NCBI GenBank assembly: GCA_021108325.1 | Contig: JAIORB010000038.1 | Coordinates: 17,217 to 81,216 of the forward strand | DNA length: 64,000 nucleotides | Direction: 5' to 3' | From: Bacteroidales bacterium | Lineage (GTDB): Bacteria; Bacteroidota; Bacteroidia; Bacteroidales; UBA12077 | Shown: one piece after another, positions 53,287 to 62,796 of the stretch | Numbering within the stretch: the stretch's first letter is position 1 | Layout of the letters: the number at the start of each line of letters is the position of its first letter | Notes under the pieces: model-generated | What the model was told of the DNA's origin: nothing | Database searches by the model: none | Seen by the model: only the letters and a program-made list of their open reading frames with translations | Program-made: the position numbers and the translations under genes

Positions 53287-55410
53287 TTATAATTTTAAAC
53301 GCTCAAGCATATTAATTGCATTTGTATTTTCAGGATTTAACTGGAGCGATTTTTTGTAATTTTCTATTGCCAGTTTTGTTTCTCCATTTAACATACAAGC
53401 TTCGGCAAAACTATCATATACATTAGAGGATTCTGGGAATAATTTAACATTTAAGGAAAGTATTTGTATAGCATCAGAGAATTTTTCCTGCCGCAAATAT
53501 CTATATCCTAAAACATTTAATATCCCTTCAAGATTATTTGTGTTAGTTTTTATTTCGTCCGGGTGGTTTAATATTTCAGTAATCCCTTTTTCTATATTTC
53601 CTGCTGTAAGGAGCTCTAAAGGCAGTTTATAATCCGCATCAACTTTAATAGCTCTTTTTGTTGTGCCCAACCAATTAATATCGACATATTGAATGCTGTC
53701 ATTTAATGAGTTGAATGTAAAATTAAGAAATGGGAGTCTGGACTTAAATTTACCATCCGATTCAGGATAAAGCAATGTTTTAATTTTAAAATAATTGTCA
53801 ATATAGTCATCAATTGTACATGTTAGCTCATTATTAATTTTTTGGATATCCAGTTTAAGATATGATGAAACGGAGTATTTTCCACAGATTTTTTCAAAAG
53901 TATTATCGGATAAATTAACATTCGTTGATTGTTGGAATTTATAACTCAGAATTGAATCCATTTCAGGGTCTTTTCCTAAAAGGAAATCTTTATGCAAATA
54001 TTCTGTATAGATGTCGGGTGTTATCCATTTTCTTGTATCTTCTAAAATACTCGATTGAGTTAATCCGGTTGATATTACAACCTGAATTTTTGAATTTGGC
54101 AAGTTAATTTTTCTGGGTATTGAATAAAAATTGGGGCCTTGTGCTGTGGGTTCTCCTACAAAAATAGCATCTGTTTGTTGTTGAAGCATAGATGAAAAAA
54201 TTACAGCGGCCGAAAAGGTTTTTCTTCCAATAATTACAAAAAGTTTCCCTGGTTGATTTATTTTTTCATTTGAACTTATGAATTCTGCTAATGGAATAAC
54301 TTCAACAGCATTTCCTCCATCATTGTTTCTTACATCAACTACAAAGCGTTCAAAATCAAACTGATTTACTGTAGATTCCAGTTTTTTAATAAAATCCTCC
54401 ATTGGTTCATCATTCATTGGTATGCAACGGTTATATTGCAAGTAGAGAGTTTTATCTTCTTCACGATATTCAAACCAATAGTTTGATTTTCGGTCATTTG
54501 AAATTGCAGGTGAAAAATCATTATCGATTTTTCGCATTACAGACCAATACAAATTTGGGATATAATGAACAGGCTTACTTTCAAATGTATATTTTTCTCC
54601 TGAAGAGTTCTCAAGGGTAAACTGTGCTACTTTATCTGATTCAACTATTTTTTCGGCTTGTAACCATTCAGATATTAGGATTATTCCCACACGATTTTTT
54701 GTGTGAAATTCATTTTCGGCGCTAATATTCTTTTTTAACTTATTGTAAATTTCGATAACATCTTTACCATTTATTTTAAGAACTTTTGATCCTATAAGAT
54801 GTTTTAATCCTCGTCCTGCATCGGTTATGTAGATTCCATCATCAAAATAATAAATGTTGATTGGATAAATATGCCAGCCAAGAGTAAGAGATTGTATATT
54901 AGGGTAACTGTGCGCATCATTTGGAAGTGCTAGAATTCTTGCAAACTCAGCTTTTATTTTATTATTATCAAATTCATCAATATTTTCTTCGAATAACTTT
55001 ATTTCATTTTTAAAATATTCTTCATCAACTAAAGAATATAAATCGGGATGTGTAACTTCCATTTGATTTACGAGAAAGCTTAAGTCTTCCCTCCATTCTG
55101 TTTTAGTAGGATTTGGAGGAAATCCAAAATGTAATAATATTTTATAATTTATAATGAATACCAAAATAATAATTGTGATGATAGAAGTGAATAATAAAAG
55201 CACAAACCCTGGTATTTTTAGCCATAAGGTTGATAACCTTATCAGCTTAATATTTAGTAATACTATGGTTAAGGCGAAGCTTATAATAGTTATATAAAAA
55301 CTTAACTTGAAAATAAAACCAAATGGAATCTTAAAAAGTATTATAGTTGATGTCAGACTCAACACAAAAATTATTGAGCTTATTATCAGAAAATTTTTAG
55401 CTGTTTTCAT
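53287..55410 (-). CDS. membrane-anchored S41-peptidase-like protein with C-terminal TPR repeats
   Basis: Three to four N-terminal TMs, a central region with VRNNDGGN...IGRKTFSAAVIF (S41-like Ser motif), and C-terminal TPRs (AIENYKKSLQLNPENTNA). Confidence 0.5.
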   Translation of the reverse strand: MKTAKNFLIISSIIFVLSLTSTIILFKIPFGFIFKLSFYITIISFALTIVLLNIKLIRLSTLWLKIPGFVLLLFTSIITIIILVFIINYKILLHFGFPPNPTKTEWREDLSFLVNQMEVTHPDLYSLVDEEYFKNEIKLFEENIDEFDNNKIKAEFARILALPNDAHSYPNIQSLTLGWHIYPINIYYFDDGIYITDAGRGLKHLIGSKVLKINGKDVIEIYNKLKKNISAENEFHTKNRVGIILISEWLQAEKIVESDKVAQFTLENSSGEKYTFESKPVHYIPNLYWSVMRKIDNDFSPAISNDRKSNYWFEYREEDKTLYLQYNRCIPMNDEPMEDFIKKLESTVNQFDFERFVVDVRNNDGGNAVEVIPLAEFISSNEKINQPGKLFVIIGRKTFSAAVIFSSMLQQQTDAIFVGEPTAQGPNFYSIPRKINLPNSKIQVVISTGLTQSSILEDTRKWITPDIYTEYLHKDFLLGKDPEMDSILSYKFQQSTNVNLSDNTFEKICGKYSVSSYLKLDIQKINNELTCTIDDYIDNYFKIKTLLYPESDGKFKSRLPFLNFTFNSLNDSIQYVDINWLGTTKRAIKVDADYKLPLELLTAGNIEKGITEILNHPDEIKTNTNNLEGILNVLGYRYLRQEKFSDAIQILSLNVKLFPESSNVYDSFAEACMLNGETKLAIENYKKSLQLNPENTNAINMLERLKL

Positions 55411-55577
55411 TTTGTGTTTTTTAAATAAAAAAATATCTTTTACATAAAGTTTAGAATTGAAGCAAGTTACAAAAGAATTTTGATATTAACAGAATGATAA
55501 AGAAAGAGGTTGTTAAACGATAGTTTGATAGAAGATTGACAGAGTATAAAATAAAATGTCAAACAAAATTTTAAAAA

Positions 55578-55606
55578 TAAAAAAAGCCACTGATGAGCAG
55601 TGGCTT
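55578..55606 (-). terminator. intrinsic terminator ending the accD-accA-carboxyltransferase operon
   Basis: Minus strand reads agccactg-ctcat-cagtggct followed by ttttttt. Confidence 0.75.
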
Positions 55607-55656
55607 TAATACTAAGTTAACAATATCTGTTATCTTGGATAATAATTACGCTTAAT

Positions 55657-57594
55657 TTACAATTTTTCTACAGCCATTAATGGCTGATCTTTAGTAATTA
55701 AAGCGGCATCATCAACCAGAATCTTAATAATTTTACACTTGAACGGAGCTTCAATTTCGTTGAAAAGTTTCATAGCTTCAAGTATACAAATAGTGTCTCC
55801 CTCATTAACTTCAGACCCTTCCTTTACGAACGGAGGTTTATCTGCAGCAGAAGCATTATAGAATGTTCCTGCCATAACTGCGTTAATTGTATCCTTATAT
55901 TCCTGTGTATTTTGTTTTTCTACTTTTTCTTCAACTTCAATAACTTCTTCATGTGTTTCTGCATGGATATTTTGTTTAATTTCAGGTTCTGTAAAAACAT
56001 GTTCTTTTGTACTATCATTTCCAGATCGCATCGACATATTAAAATCACCTTTTCTGATAACTAATTCACTAAGTTGCATTTTTGAAGCTTTGTCTAAAAT
56101 AGCATTCATCCCTTCATAATCTTCCGGATGTAACATTGGATTTGCAGTACCCGAAACAGTTGATTCTACTGATATTTTCTTTTCTTTTTCAGGAGTTTTT
56201 GTAAACTCTTCTACTTCAATATCAGCAGGAGTTTTTGGTCTTTTATCTTCCGACAATGTTCTCCATTTGAAATATTCCATCGAAACATCAGGAAACAGGC
56301 AATAAGATAAAATATCTTCTTCGTTTTCAATTAATTCCGGGTTTACAGCATTTTTAGTAGCTGTAGGTAAGATTGGTTTAAGATCATCAGCAGGTCGGTG
56401 ATCAATTGGTTTTTCCTTACCCAGAATTTGCTTAATGAATTTTGGTGTGATAGGAGCAGGCGAACGGCCATACATTCCTTTCACATAATTCTTTACTTCT
56501 TGTGGAACAACCTTATATCTTTCACCTGTTAAAACATTCATTACTGCCTGAGTACCTACAATTTGACTTGTTGGAGTAACCAGGGGAGGATATCCAAGAT
56601 CTTTTCTAACTTTTGTAACTTCTTCCAATGCTTCAGGTAATTTTTCAATTGCTCCCTGTTGTTCGAGTTGTGAACGGAAATTTGAGATCATTCCACCAGG
56701 AATTTGGTGTACAAGAATCTCAGAATCGACAATTGGTTCATAACCTCGACCTTTTGTTCTAAGAGGAGTAAGATCAGCAAAATATTTATTTACTTTTCGT
56801 AATGCTTCAACATCTAAATCAACATCAAATTCAGTTTCCCGGAAAATAGAATTCATAGTTTCTACAGGTGGTTGTGACGAAAATCCTGCCATTGATGAAA
56901 TAGCACAATCAATAGCTCCGGCACCGGCTTTAACTCCTTCAAGATATGCAGTCTCGGCCATTCCGCTTGTTGCATGACAATGAATCTGAATTGGAATATC
57001 CAGTTCTTTCTTTAGCGCAGACATAAGATTTTTTGACATGGTTGGAGATAATAACCCGGCCATATCTTTTATACAAAGCGAATCAATTCCCATCTGAACT
57101 TGTTCCTTTGCATCACTTACATATTTTTCAATTGTATGCACAGGACTTATAGTATAAGAAAGTGATCCCTGGGCATGAGCCCCGTGTTTTTTTACAGATT
57201 TAATAGCTGCTTCTAAATTTCTGGAATCATTTAATGCATCGAAAATTCTGAATATATCAATCCCGTTTTCATGTGCTGTTTCAACAAAGCGATCAACCAA
57301 ATCGTCAGGATAGTTTTTATAACCAACAATGTTCTGACCCCTTAACAACATCTGTAAAGGAGTTTTTTTAGCCTTTGATTTTATTAGCCTGATTCTTTCC
57401 CATGGATTCTCGCGTAAAAACCTTAAACACACATCGAAAGTTGCTCCGCCCCAAACTTCCAGCGAATAATAACCAACAGTGTCAATAACATCAATTATAT
57501 CAATAATATCTTTGGTTCTCATTCTGGTAGCCCAAAGTGACTGATGTCCGTCTCTTAAGGTAGTATCGGTAATTCTTAATTTGTTCTGTTTCAT
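55657..57594 (-). CDS. 5S-type (pyruvate/oxaloacetate) carboxyltransferase fused to an AccB-like biotin carboxyl carrier domain (OadA/PycB-like)
   Basis: RITDTTLRDGHQS with a TIM-barrel carboxyltransferase and PYC_OADA region. A long acidic linker and an AccB-like segment LSELVIRKGDFNMSMR follow, then the biotinyl motif ILEAMKLFNEIEA. Start trimmed to ATG 57594 (MKQNKLRITD), 13 nt after the accA stop. Confidence 0.8.
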   Translation of the reverse strand: MKQNKLRITDTTLRDGHQSLWATRMRTKDIIDIIDVIDTVGYYSLEVWGGATFDVCLRFLRENPWERIRLIKSKAKKTPLQMLLRGQNIVGYKNYPDDLVDRFVETAHENGIDIFRIFDALNDSRNLEAAIKSVKKHGAHAQGSLSYTISPVHTIEKYVSDAKEQVQMGIDSLCIKDMAGLLSPTMSKNLMSALKKELDIPIQIHCHATSGMAETAYLEGVKAGAGAIDCAISSMAGFSSQPPVETMNSIFRETEFDVDLDVEALRKVNKYFADLTPLRTKGRGYEPIVDSEILVHQIPGGMISNFRSQLEQQGAIEKLPEALEEVTKVRKDLGYPPLVTPTSQIVGTQAVMNVLTGERYKVVPQEVKNYVKGMYGRSPAPITPKFIKQILGKEKPIDHRPADDLKPILPTATKNAVNPELIENEEDILSYCLFPDVSMEYFKWRTLSEDKRPKTPADIEVEEFTKTPEKEKKISVESTVSGTANPMLHPEDYEGMNAILDKASKMQLSELVIRKGDFNMSMRSGNDSTKEHVFTEPEIKQNIHAETHEEVIEVEEKVEKQNTQEYKDTINAVMAGTFYNASAADKPPFVKEGSEVNEGDTICILEAMKLFNEIEAPFKCKIIKILVDDAALITKDQPLMAVEKL

Positions 57595-57607
57595 AATATT
57601 ATCTCTA

Positions 57608-58441
57608 TTATTTATTAACTGAGAATTTTCCCATTCCGGAATATTTTTCAAATCTGCTTTGAATTAATTCTTCAATGCTTAGTTTTTTTAATATTTCAAG
57701 ATTTTTTAATACAGATTTTTTTGCTGATTCAGCAATTGCTTTATAGTTTGTGTGGGCGCCTTCGCCTGGTTCACTAATTATTTCATCAATAACTCCGTGT
57801 CTAAGAAGATCGCTGGCTGTAAGATTTAAAGCATTAGCAGCATCTGGAGCATATTTAGCATCCCTCCAAAGAATCGAAGCACAACCTTCAGGTGATATAA
57901 CCGAATATATGGCATTTGACAACATCAATATTTTATCGCCAACACCAATTCCAAGAGCACCACCACTACCTCCTTCACCTATTACAACCGAAATTATCGG
58001 CACTTCAATTGAAGCCATTTCAGTAAGATTTTTTGCTATAGCTTCTGCCTGACCTCTTTCTTCAGCCTCAAGACCGGGAAATGCTCCGGGTGTATCAATA
58101 ATAGTTACAATTGGCACATTAAATCTTTCAGCTAACTTCATTAATCTGAGAGCTTTTCTATAACCATCAGGTTTAGCCATACCAAAATTTCTTTCAAGAT
58201 TTTCATTGACCTTTTTCCCTTTATTATGGCCAATTAGCATTACTTTTTGACCTCCTATTTCGGCAAAACCACCTATCATAGCTTTATCGTCGGAATAATA
58301 TCTGTCGCCATGAAATTCCACAAAGTTTTTTACTATTAACGAAAGATAATTTTGTAGAATAGGCCTTTTAGGATGCCGGCTTATACTTACAATTTCCCAG
58401 GCCGACAATGCTGGTTTTTTGGTTTTTTTCTTATCAGTCAT
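57608..58441 (-). CDS. accA: acetyl-CoA carboxylase carboxyltransferase alpha-type subunit (short N-terminus)
   Basis: ISRHPKRP, IGHNKGK, RNFGMAKPDGYRKALRLMKLAERF, DTPGAFPG and VIGEGGSGGALG. It lacks about 40 N-terminal residues relative to E. coli AccA. Confidence 0.85.
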   Translation of the reverse strand: MTDKKKTKKPALSAWEIVSISRHPKRPILQNYLSLIVKNFVEFHGDRYYSDDKAMIGGFAEIGGQKVMLIGHNKGKKVNENLERNFGMAKPDGYRKALRLMKLAERFNVPIVTIIDTPGAFPGLEAEERGQAEAIAKNLTEMASIEVPIISVVIGEGGSGGALGIGVGDKILMLSNAIYSVISPEGCASILWRDAKYAPDAANALNLTASDLLRHGVIDEIISEPGEGAHTNYKAIAESAKKSVLKNLEILKKLSIEELIQSRFEKYSGMGKFSVNK

Positions 58442-58492
58442 TTTTTTCTTCTAATAATTTAGTTCTTAATTGAAGAAAGATTTTAAATTTGA

Positions 58493-59320
58493 TTACCTGT
58501 TATAAAAGCTAAGGACATTACTTAAATAATCTTTCATATCCTTTCTGTTAACAATGGAATCAATAAATCCATGTTCAAGAAGATATTCTGAAGTCTGAAA
58601 ATCATCAGGAAGTTTTTCCCCGATTGTTTGTTCAATTACCCTTCGGCCTGCAAATGCAATTAAAGCTCCAGGCTCGGAAATATTTAAATCGCCTACCATG
58701 GCATAACTTGCCGAAACACCTCCGGTAGTTGGATTAATAAGAACAGAAATGTAAGGAATGTTTTTTTTGTTCAACCGTGCAACCCCGGCGCATGTTTTAG
58801 CCATTTGCATAAGTGAAAGTATTCCCTCCTGCATTCTGGCGCCTCCCGATGCAGAAAAAACAATATAAGGTAAATTATTATCGTAGGCATAATTTGCAGC
58901 CTGTAGTATTTTTTCGCCTGTACCGCTTCCCAGGCTTCCACCAAGAAATCTGAAGTCCATTACTGCAACAACAGCATTAAAACCATTAATTTTACCCCGA
59001 CCTGTTACTACAGCTTCTGAAATACCTGTTTTTTTAATGGCAAGTTCATATTTATCCTTATAACTACCTTTTAGGTCATTAAATTTAAGTGAATCTTTCG
59101 GGCTAATATTGTTGAATAGCTCTTCGAAAGTGTTTTTATCAAATAAAAGATTTATCCGTTCATGCGAGGTAATACTACCGTGGTAGTTACAATTCGGGCA
59201 AACATTCAGATTTTCTTCCCATTCACTTTTGTAAATATGTGAATGGCATTCTTTACACTTAACCCACAAATCCTTTTTTGATTTCTTTTTTGCAGTTGTA
59301 GTTTCGCTATACCATGCCAT
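58493..59320 (-). CDS. accD: acetyl-CoA carboxylase carboxyltransferase beta-type subunit
   Basis: Zn ribbon CKEC...CPNC and the GGSLGSGTGEK, SGGARMQEG motifs. Confidence 0.85.
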   Translation of the reverse strand: MAWYSETTTAKKKSKKDLWVKCKECHSHIYKSEWEENLNVCPNCNYHGSITSHERINLLFDKNTFEELFNNISPKDSLKFNDLKGSYKDKYELAIKKTGISEAVVTGRGKINGFNAVVAVMDFRFLGGSLGSGTGEKILQAANYAYDNNLPYIVFSASGGARMQEGILSLMQMAKTCAGVARLNKKNIPYISVLINPTTGGVSASYAMVGDLNISEPGALIAFAGRRVIEQTIGEKLPDDFQTSEYLLEHGFIDSIVNRKDMKDYLSNVLSFYNR

Positions 59321-59833
59321 CTATCTATTCTCCGCTATTTATGTTTCTAATTCTAATGTAAAATTTTTCAATACTGTGTTATGTTCAAACAAATTATTGA
59401 AATAATTAGCTCGGCAAAGTAGTTATTTTTATAAAAAAAAGCTAGATAAATTGTAATTATTATGACTTATAAATAATCAAAAAGCAAGACTGAAACAGCA
59501 TAAAAGATCGGTATGTCAGTAATTTATGTTGTTATGTAAAGTTCATTATATTATGGAGGCTCCATGTCTGAATATTGAATTAAAAAAAGACTCCTAGTTT
59601 TCTAGAAGTCTTTTAAAGCCTGTGGCCTCAATGATGACTATTACCAGAATTTCCACCAAAACACAGACAAACATTAAAAACGATATAAATTAATGTTTGT
59701 CGCGTATTTAAGAATTAATTTTAAGGTCAGGATTTCCGCAAACATTATTTTTAAAACTTTTTAATGTTTGTTGGATAAAAAATTGTACTTTTAAGGTCAG
59801 AATTTGAGTAAACATTAAAAATTAGATTAATTA

Positions 59834-60964
59834 ATGCGTGAGCTGCTTTATCCAATCAATCCTGACAGAAATGTTCCATGGAATGATATTCCTTCGTTAC
59901 CCATTAGAAAGGAACTTTATCAAACAACAGAAATATTGGGGAAGCTTGGAGATGCAAAGGCAGCTTTAGCAAGACTTCACGGTCGTAGTGCCATAATTCC
60001 AAATCAGGGACTATTGATTAATACAATAAGCTTACAGGAAGCAAAGATTTCTAGTGCGATTGAGAACATATTCACAACTGATGATGAGCTATATAAAGAA
60101 TATAGCGATCAAAATATCGAAACAACCGGAGCATCCAAAGAGGTATTAAGATATCGGGAAGCACTTTGGTCTGGCTACAACTATTTACAAAAAACAGGAC
60201 AATTTGATCAAAACTACTTTTTACAGGTATTTCAGGAAATAAAACAAACAAGGGATGGAATTCGCCCCGACTTTTTAAATACAACAATTAAACAAGGAGG
60301 TTCAGGACCAAATGCAGGGCAGGTTATCTATACTCCTCCTAGAGGAGTTACCGTAATTAAAGACAAACTAGACAATCTTGTAGATTTCTTGAATGATGAT
60401 GAACAGTATAGAATAGATCATTTACTAAAAATGGCAATTGCTCATTTTCAGTTTGAGGCTATTCATCCTTTCCGTGATGGAAATGGCAGGTTAGGACGTA
60501 TATTCAATATCCATTATTTGACGAACAAAGGACTACTGGATGTTCCAATATTGTTCCTCAGTCGATACATTTTGGATCATAAGGATGATTATTACACTGG
60601 ATTAATGGGTGTCTCTCAAAGAGGTAACTGGAAGGACTGGTTATTATTTATGATGAGAGCCATTGAAACCACTTCGAATATTACGTTCCATAAGATTAAT
60701 GAAATTGTGTCTATAAAAGATTCAATTCTAGAATTTGTAAAGAAAGATGAACGAAAATTTCGTAATCAGGAAGGTCTTATTGAGTTCTTATTTTCTCAAC
60801 CGTTTACAAAGGTAAAACACTTGGTTGATTCAGGAATTTATGCAGAAAATACAGCGAGAAATTATCTAAATAAGTTATGTGATATGCAGGTGTTGGAGAA
60901 GAAAGAAATGGAGGGACATCATTACTATCTAAATCTTGAATTGTACAGGATACTTTCAGAATAA
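59834..60964 (+). CDS. Fic-family protein (AMPylase-type toxin fold) with intramolecular inhibitory motif
   Basis: Active-site HPFRDGNGRLGR (HxFx[DE]GNGRxxR), N-terminal inhibitory motif SSAIEN ([ST]xxxE[GN]) and a C-terminal wHTH-like region. Confidence 0.85.
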   Translation: MRELLYPINPDRNVPWNDIPSLPIRKELYQTTEILGKLGDAKAALARLHGRSAIIPNQGLLINTISLQEAKISSAIENIFTTDDELYKEYSDQNIETTGASKEVLRYREALWSGYNYLQKTGQFDQNYFLQVFQEIKQTRDGIRPDFLNTTIKQGGSGPNAGQVIYTPPRGVTVIKDKLDNLVDFLNDDEQYRIDHLLKMAIAHFQFEAIHPFRDGNGRLGRIFNIHYLTNKGLLDVPILFLSRYILDHKDDYYTGLMGVSQRGNWKDWLLFMMRAIETTSNITFHKINEIVSIKDSILEFVKKDERKFRNQEGLIEFLFSQPFTKVKHLVDSGIYAENTARNYLNKLCDMQVLEKKEMEGHHYYLNLELYRILSE

Positions 60965-61030
60965 TGCTTAATTCAATAAAATTAGAATCTTCGAATTTAA
61001 GTGGTTTTAACAAGCTGAGATAAACCCAAT

Positions 61031-61065
61031 AAAAAAAGACTCCTAATTTCTTAGAAGTTTTTTTA
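61031..61065. terminator. bidirectional terminator between the convergent Fic genes
   Basis: aaaaaaa-gactcctaa-tttc-ttagaagt-tttttt. Confidence 0.65.
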
Positions 61066-61067
61066 TA

Positions 61068-61155
61068 CCTGTGGGCCCACCTGTCCCGATAGCTCCCGAA
61101 AGCTTTCGGGACGGGATGAACTAGCTCCGAAAGCTTTCGGAGCCTGATTATGAGT
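61068..61155 (-). pseudogene. tRNA(CAT) 3'-half remnant interrupted by a palindromic insert (att-like duplication)
   Basis: cctgtgggcccacctg (61068-61083) is identical to 63846-63861, and cctgattatgagt (61143-61155) is identical to 63880-63892. The T-arm is replaced by the 59-nt tcccgatagctcccgaaagctttcgggacgggatgaactagctccgaaagctttcggag. There is no 5' half. Confidence 0.6.
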
Positions 61156-61233
61156 TAAAAGTGAAGATGATATTTTGGGTTGTTTCACATCAGGTTTTTT
61201 ACCTTCTGAATAGTATTGTCGTTGAAATGAATT

Positions 61234-62763
61234 TTATTTTGCAGCTTTTTTTACCAGTTCACCTAAGAATTTTGCAAAATCAGTTATATCGCCATCAACA
61301 CTTGCCTTTTCCAAAGCAGCCATATATGCATCTCGCTTTTCTACTGGAACAACTGTCCAGGAATAACCACCTGATGCAAGCATTGTATTAAAAAGAAAAC
61401 GTCCAATTCGACCATTACCATCCATGTACGGGTGAATATATACAAATATAAAGTGACCAAGAACAGCTCTTACGCAAGTCTCTTTTTCTTCTTTAAGTAA
61501 GTCAAAAAACACAGGTATTGCATCACGAACAGCTTCAGGATTTAAAGGTGTATGTTTTGAGCCTTTGATAAAGACCTGACTATTTCTGTATCCAGCAAGG
61601 TCGCTCGCTTTTACTATTCCTGCAGCAACGCTTGGTGCAAATAATTCACGATACCAGTCTCCATGGTCGTTATCAGCAACCTCGCCAGCATTTGTACCAC
61701 CAAGTATTGTTTTTATACTCTTCTTAACGGTTTGGAATGCCTGATAATATCCACGTGCTGCCATCGTGTTTTTTTCCTTTTTGTCTGCTTCACTTACTTC
61801 AGGATCCCATTTGCCATCACGTACTCTTTCAATTAATTCTGCTGTTACACGATACCCTTCAATGGATAACGAGTTATATGCATCATCCGCATAATTTTCT
61901 TCCACCTCCTTAAGATAAGCATCAATATCAATTGGCAGTACTTTGGATGGGGGAAAGTTGGTAATTGCTGTTTCACGCATTTTATACCACATTAATTTAA
62001 TGCGATTGGCATATGGAGATGTTTCTCTTGCATTTAAAATGTTTGGCAGTTTTTCTTTAAAGGGATCTGTTTCCCTTACGTCATATCCGGCAGATTTCAT
62101 GGTTTTAACAATAGTATCTGCTATTTTATCATTGCCAATATTTCTGAATGCTCCAACAAGGCGGCCTGCTACAGCACTATGACCACCTTCAAGGAGTTTC
62201 CCGAGTAGATTGGAACCATCCTTAACCATGGCAAGACATGTTCTGGCATCTGTGGCCTGACGTGTAAAAAAATCTTCTCCTATAGATATTAAGCCTGCTT
62301 CAAGAGAATAGAGGTTTGCCCCTTCTACGATTGTTCTATTCTGTTTTTCTGGTACCGAAAGGTTTGTGTCAAAAATAGATGTATTATGGGGCAAAACAAG
62401 ATTGTTATTTGATGCTTTTGATGAGCGAACTAACAATTGTTCTGGTACTGTATAATTACCAGCATGAAGCATCAGGGATTGTTCAGGAGATAAACACCAG
62501 TCATCTCTAAAACGGTTTTTGCAATATACAGAAACGAAATACCAGAAAGACATATACCATGATGTAGTATCTCCATCGGTCTCATCAGGTCTGGTTGATA
62601 TGTACCATCCCCTTACAACTTCTTTTAAAAAACCATTTCCCACAAGCCTTTCTTTTACCGTGCGTGTCATTTCGCTTGCCTGGATAACTGCAATACCTTT
62701 TTCATTTTGCATTTTTTGCAATTCTTCTAAAGCTTGTGCCAATTTTTCCTGTGGTGTCGCCAT
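61234..62763 (-). CDS. Fic-family protein, long form
   Basis: Active-site HPYMDGNGRIGR and upstream inhibitory-type motif SLSIEG. 509 aa. Confidence 0.8.
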   Translation of the reverse strand: MATPQEKLAQALEELQKMQNEKGIAVIQASEMTRTVKERLVGNGFLKEVVRGWYISTRPDETDGDTTSWYMSFWYFVSVYCKNRFRDDWCLSPEQSLMLHAGNYTVPEQLLVRSSKASNNNLVLPHNTSIFDTNLSVPEKQNRTIVEGANLYSLEAGLISIGEDFFTRQATDARTCLAMVKDGSNLLGKLLEGGHSAVAGRLVGAFRNIGNDKIADTIVKTMKSAGYDVRETDPFKEKLPNILNARETSPYANRIKLMWYKMRETAITNFPPSKVLPIDIDAYLKEVEENYADDAYNSLSIEGYRVTAELIERVRDGKWDPEVSEADKKEKNTMAARGYYQAFQTVKKSIKTILGGTNAGEVADNDHGDWYRELFAPSVAAGIVKASDLAGYRNSQVFIKGSKHTPLNPEAVRDAIPVFFDLLKEEKETCVRAVLGHFIFVYIHPYMDGNGRIGRFLFNTMLASGGYSWTVVPVEKRDAYMAALEKASVDGDITDFAKFLGELVKKAAK

Positions 62764-62796
62764 AATGTTAACCTTTTAATGTAATTTTATGTGATA

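Larger units (their letters stand above)
59628..61067. mobile_element. putative degenerate tRNA-targeted islet 1 (Fic-376 cassette)
   Basis: Bounded by hairpin module + cctgtggcc (59582-59627) and hairpin module + cctgtgggcccacctg (61031-61083). No integrase present. Confidence 0.35.

Noticed and set aside
61068-61155. A second functional tRNA, or an intron-containing tRNA.
   Set aside because: Only the 3' acceptor strand and the anticodon-loop segments are present. There is no 5' acceptor strand or D-arm. The insert replaces the T-arm rather than sitting at the canonical intron position.
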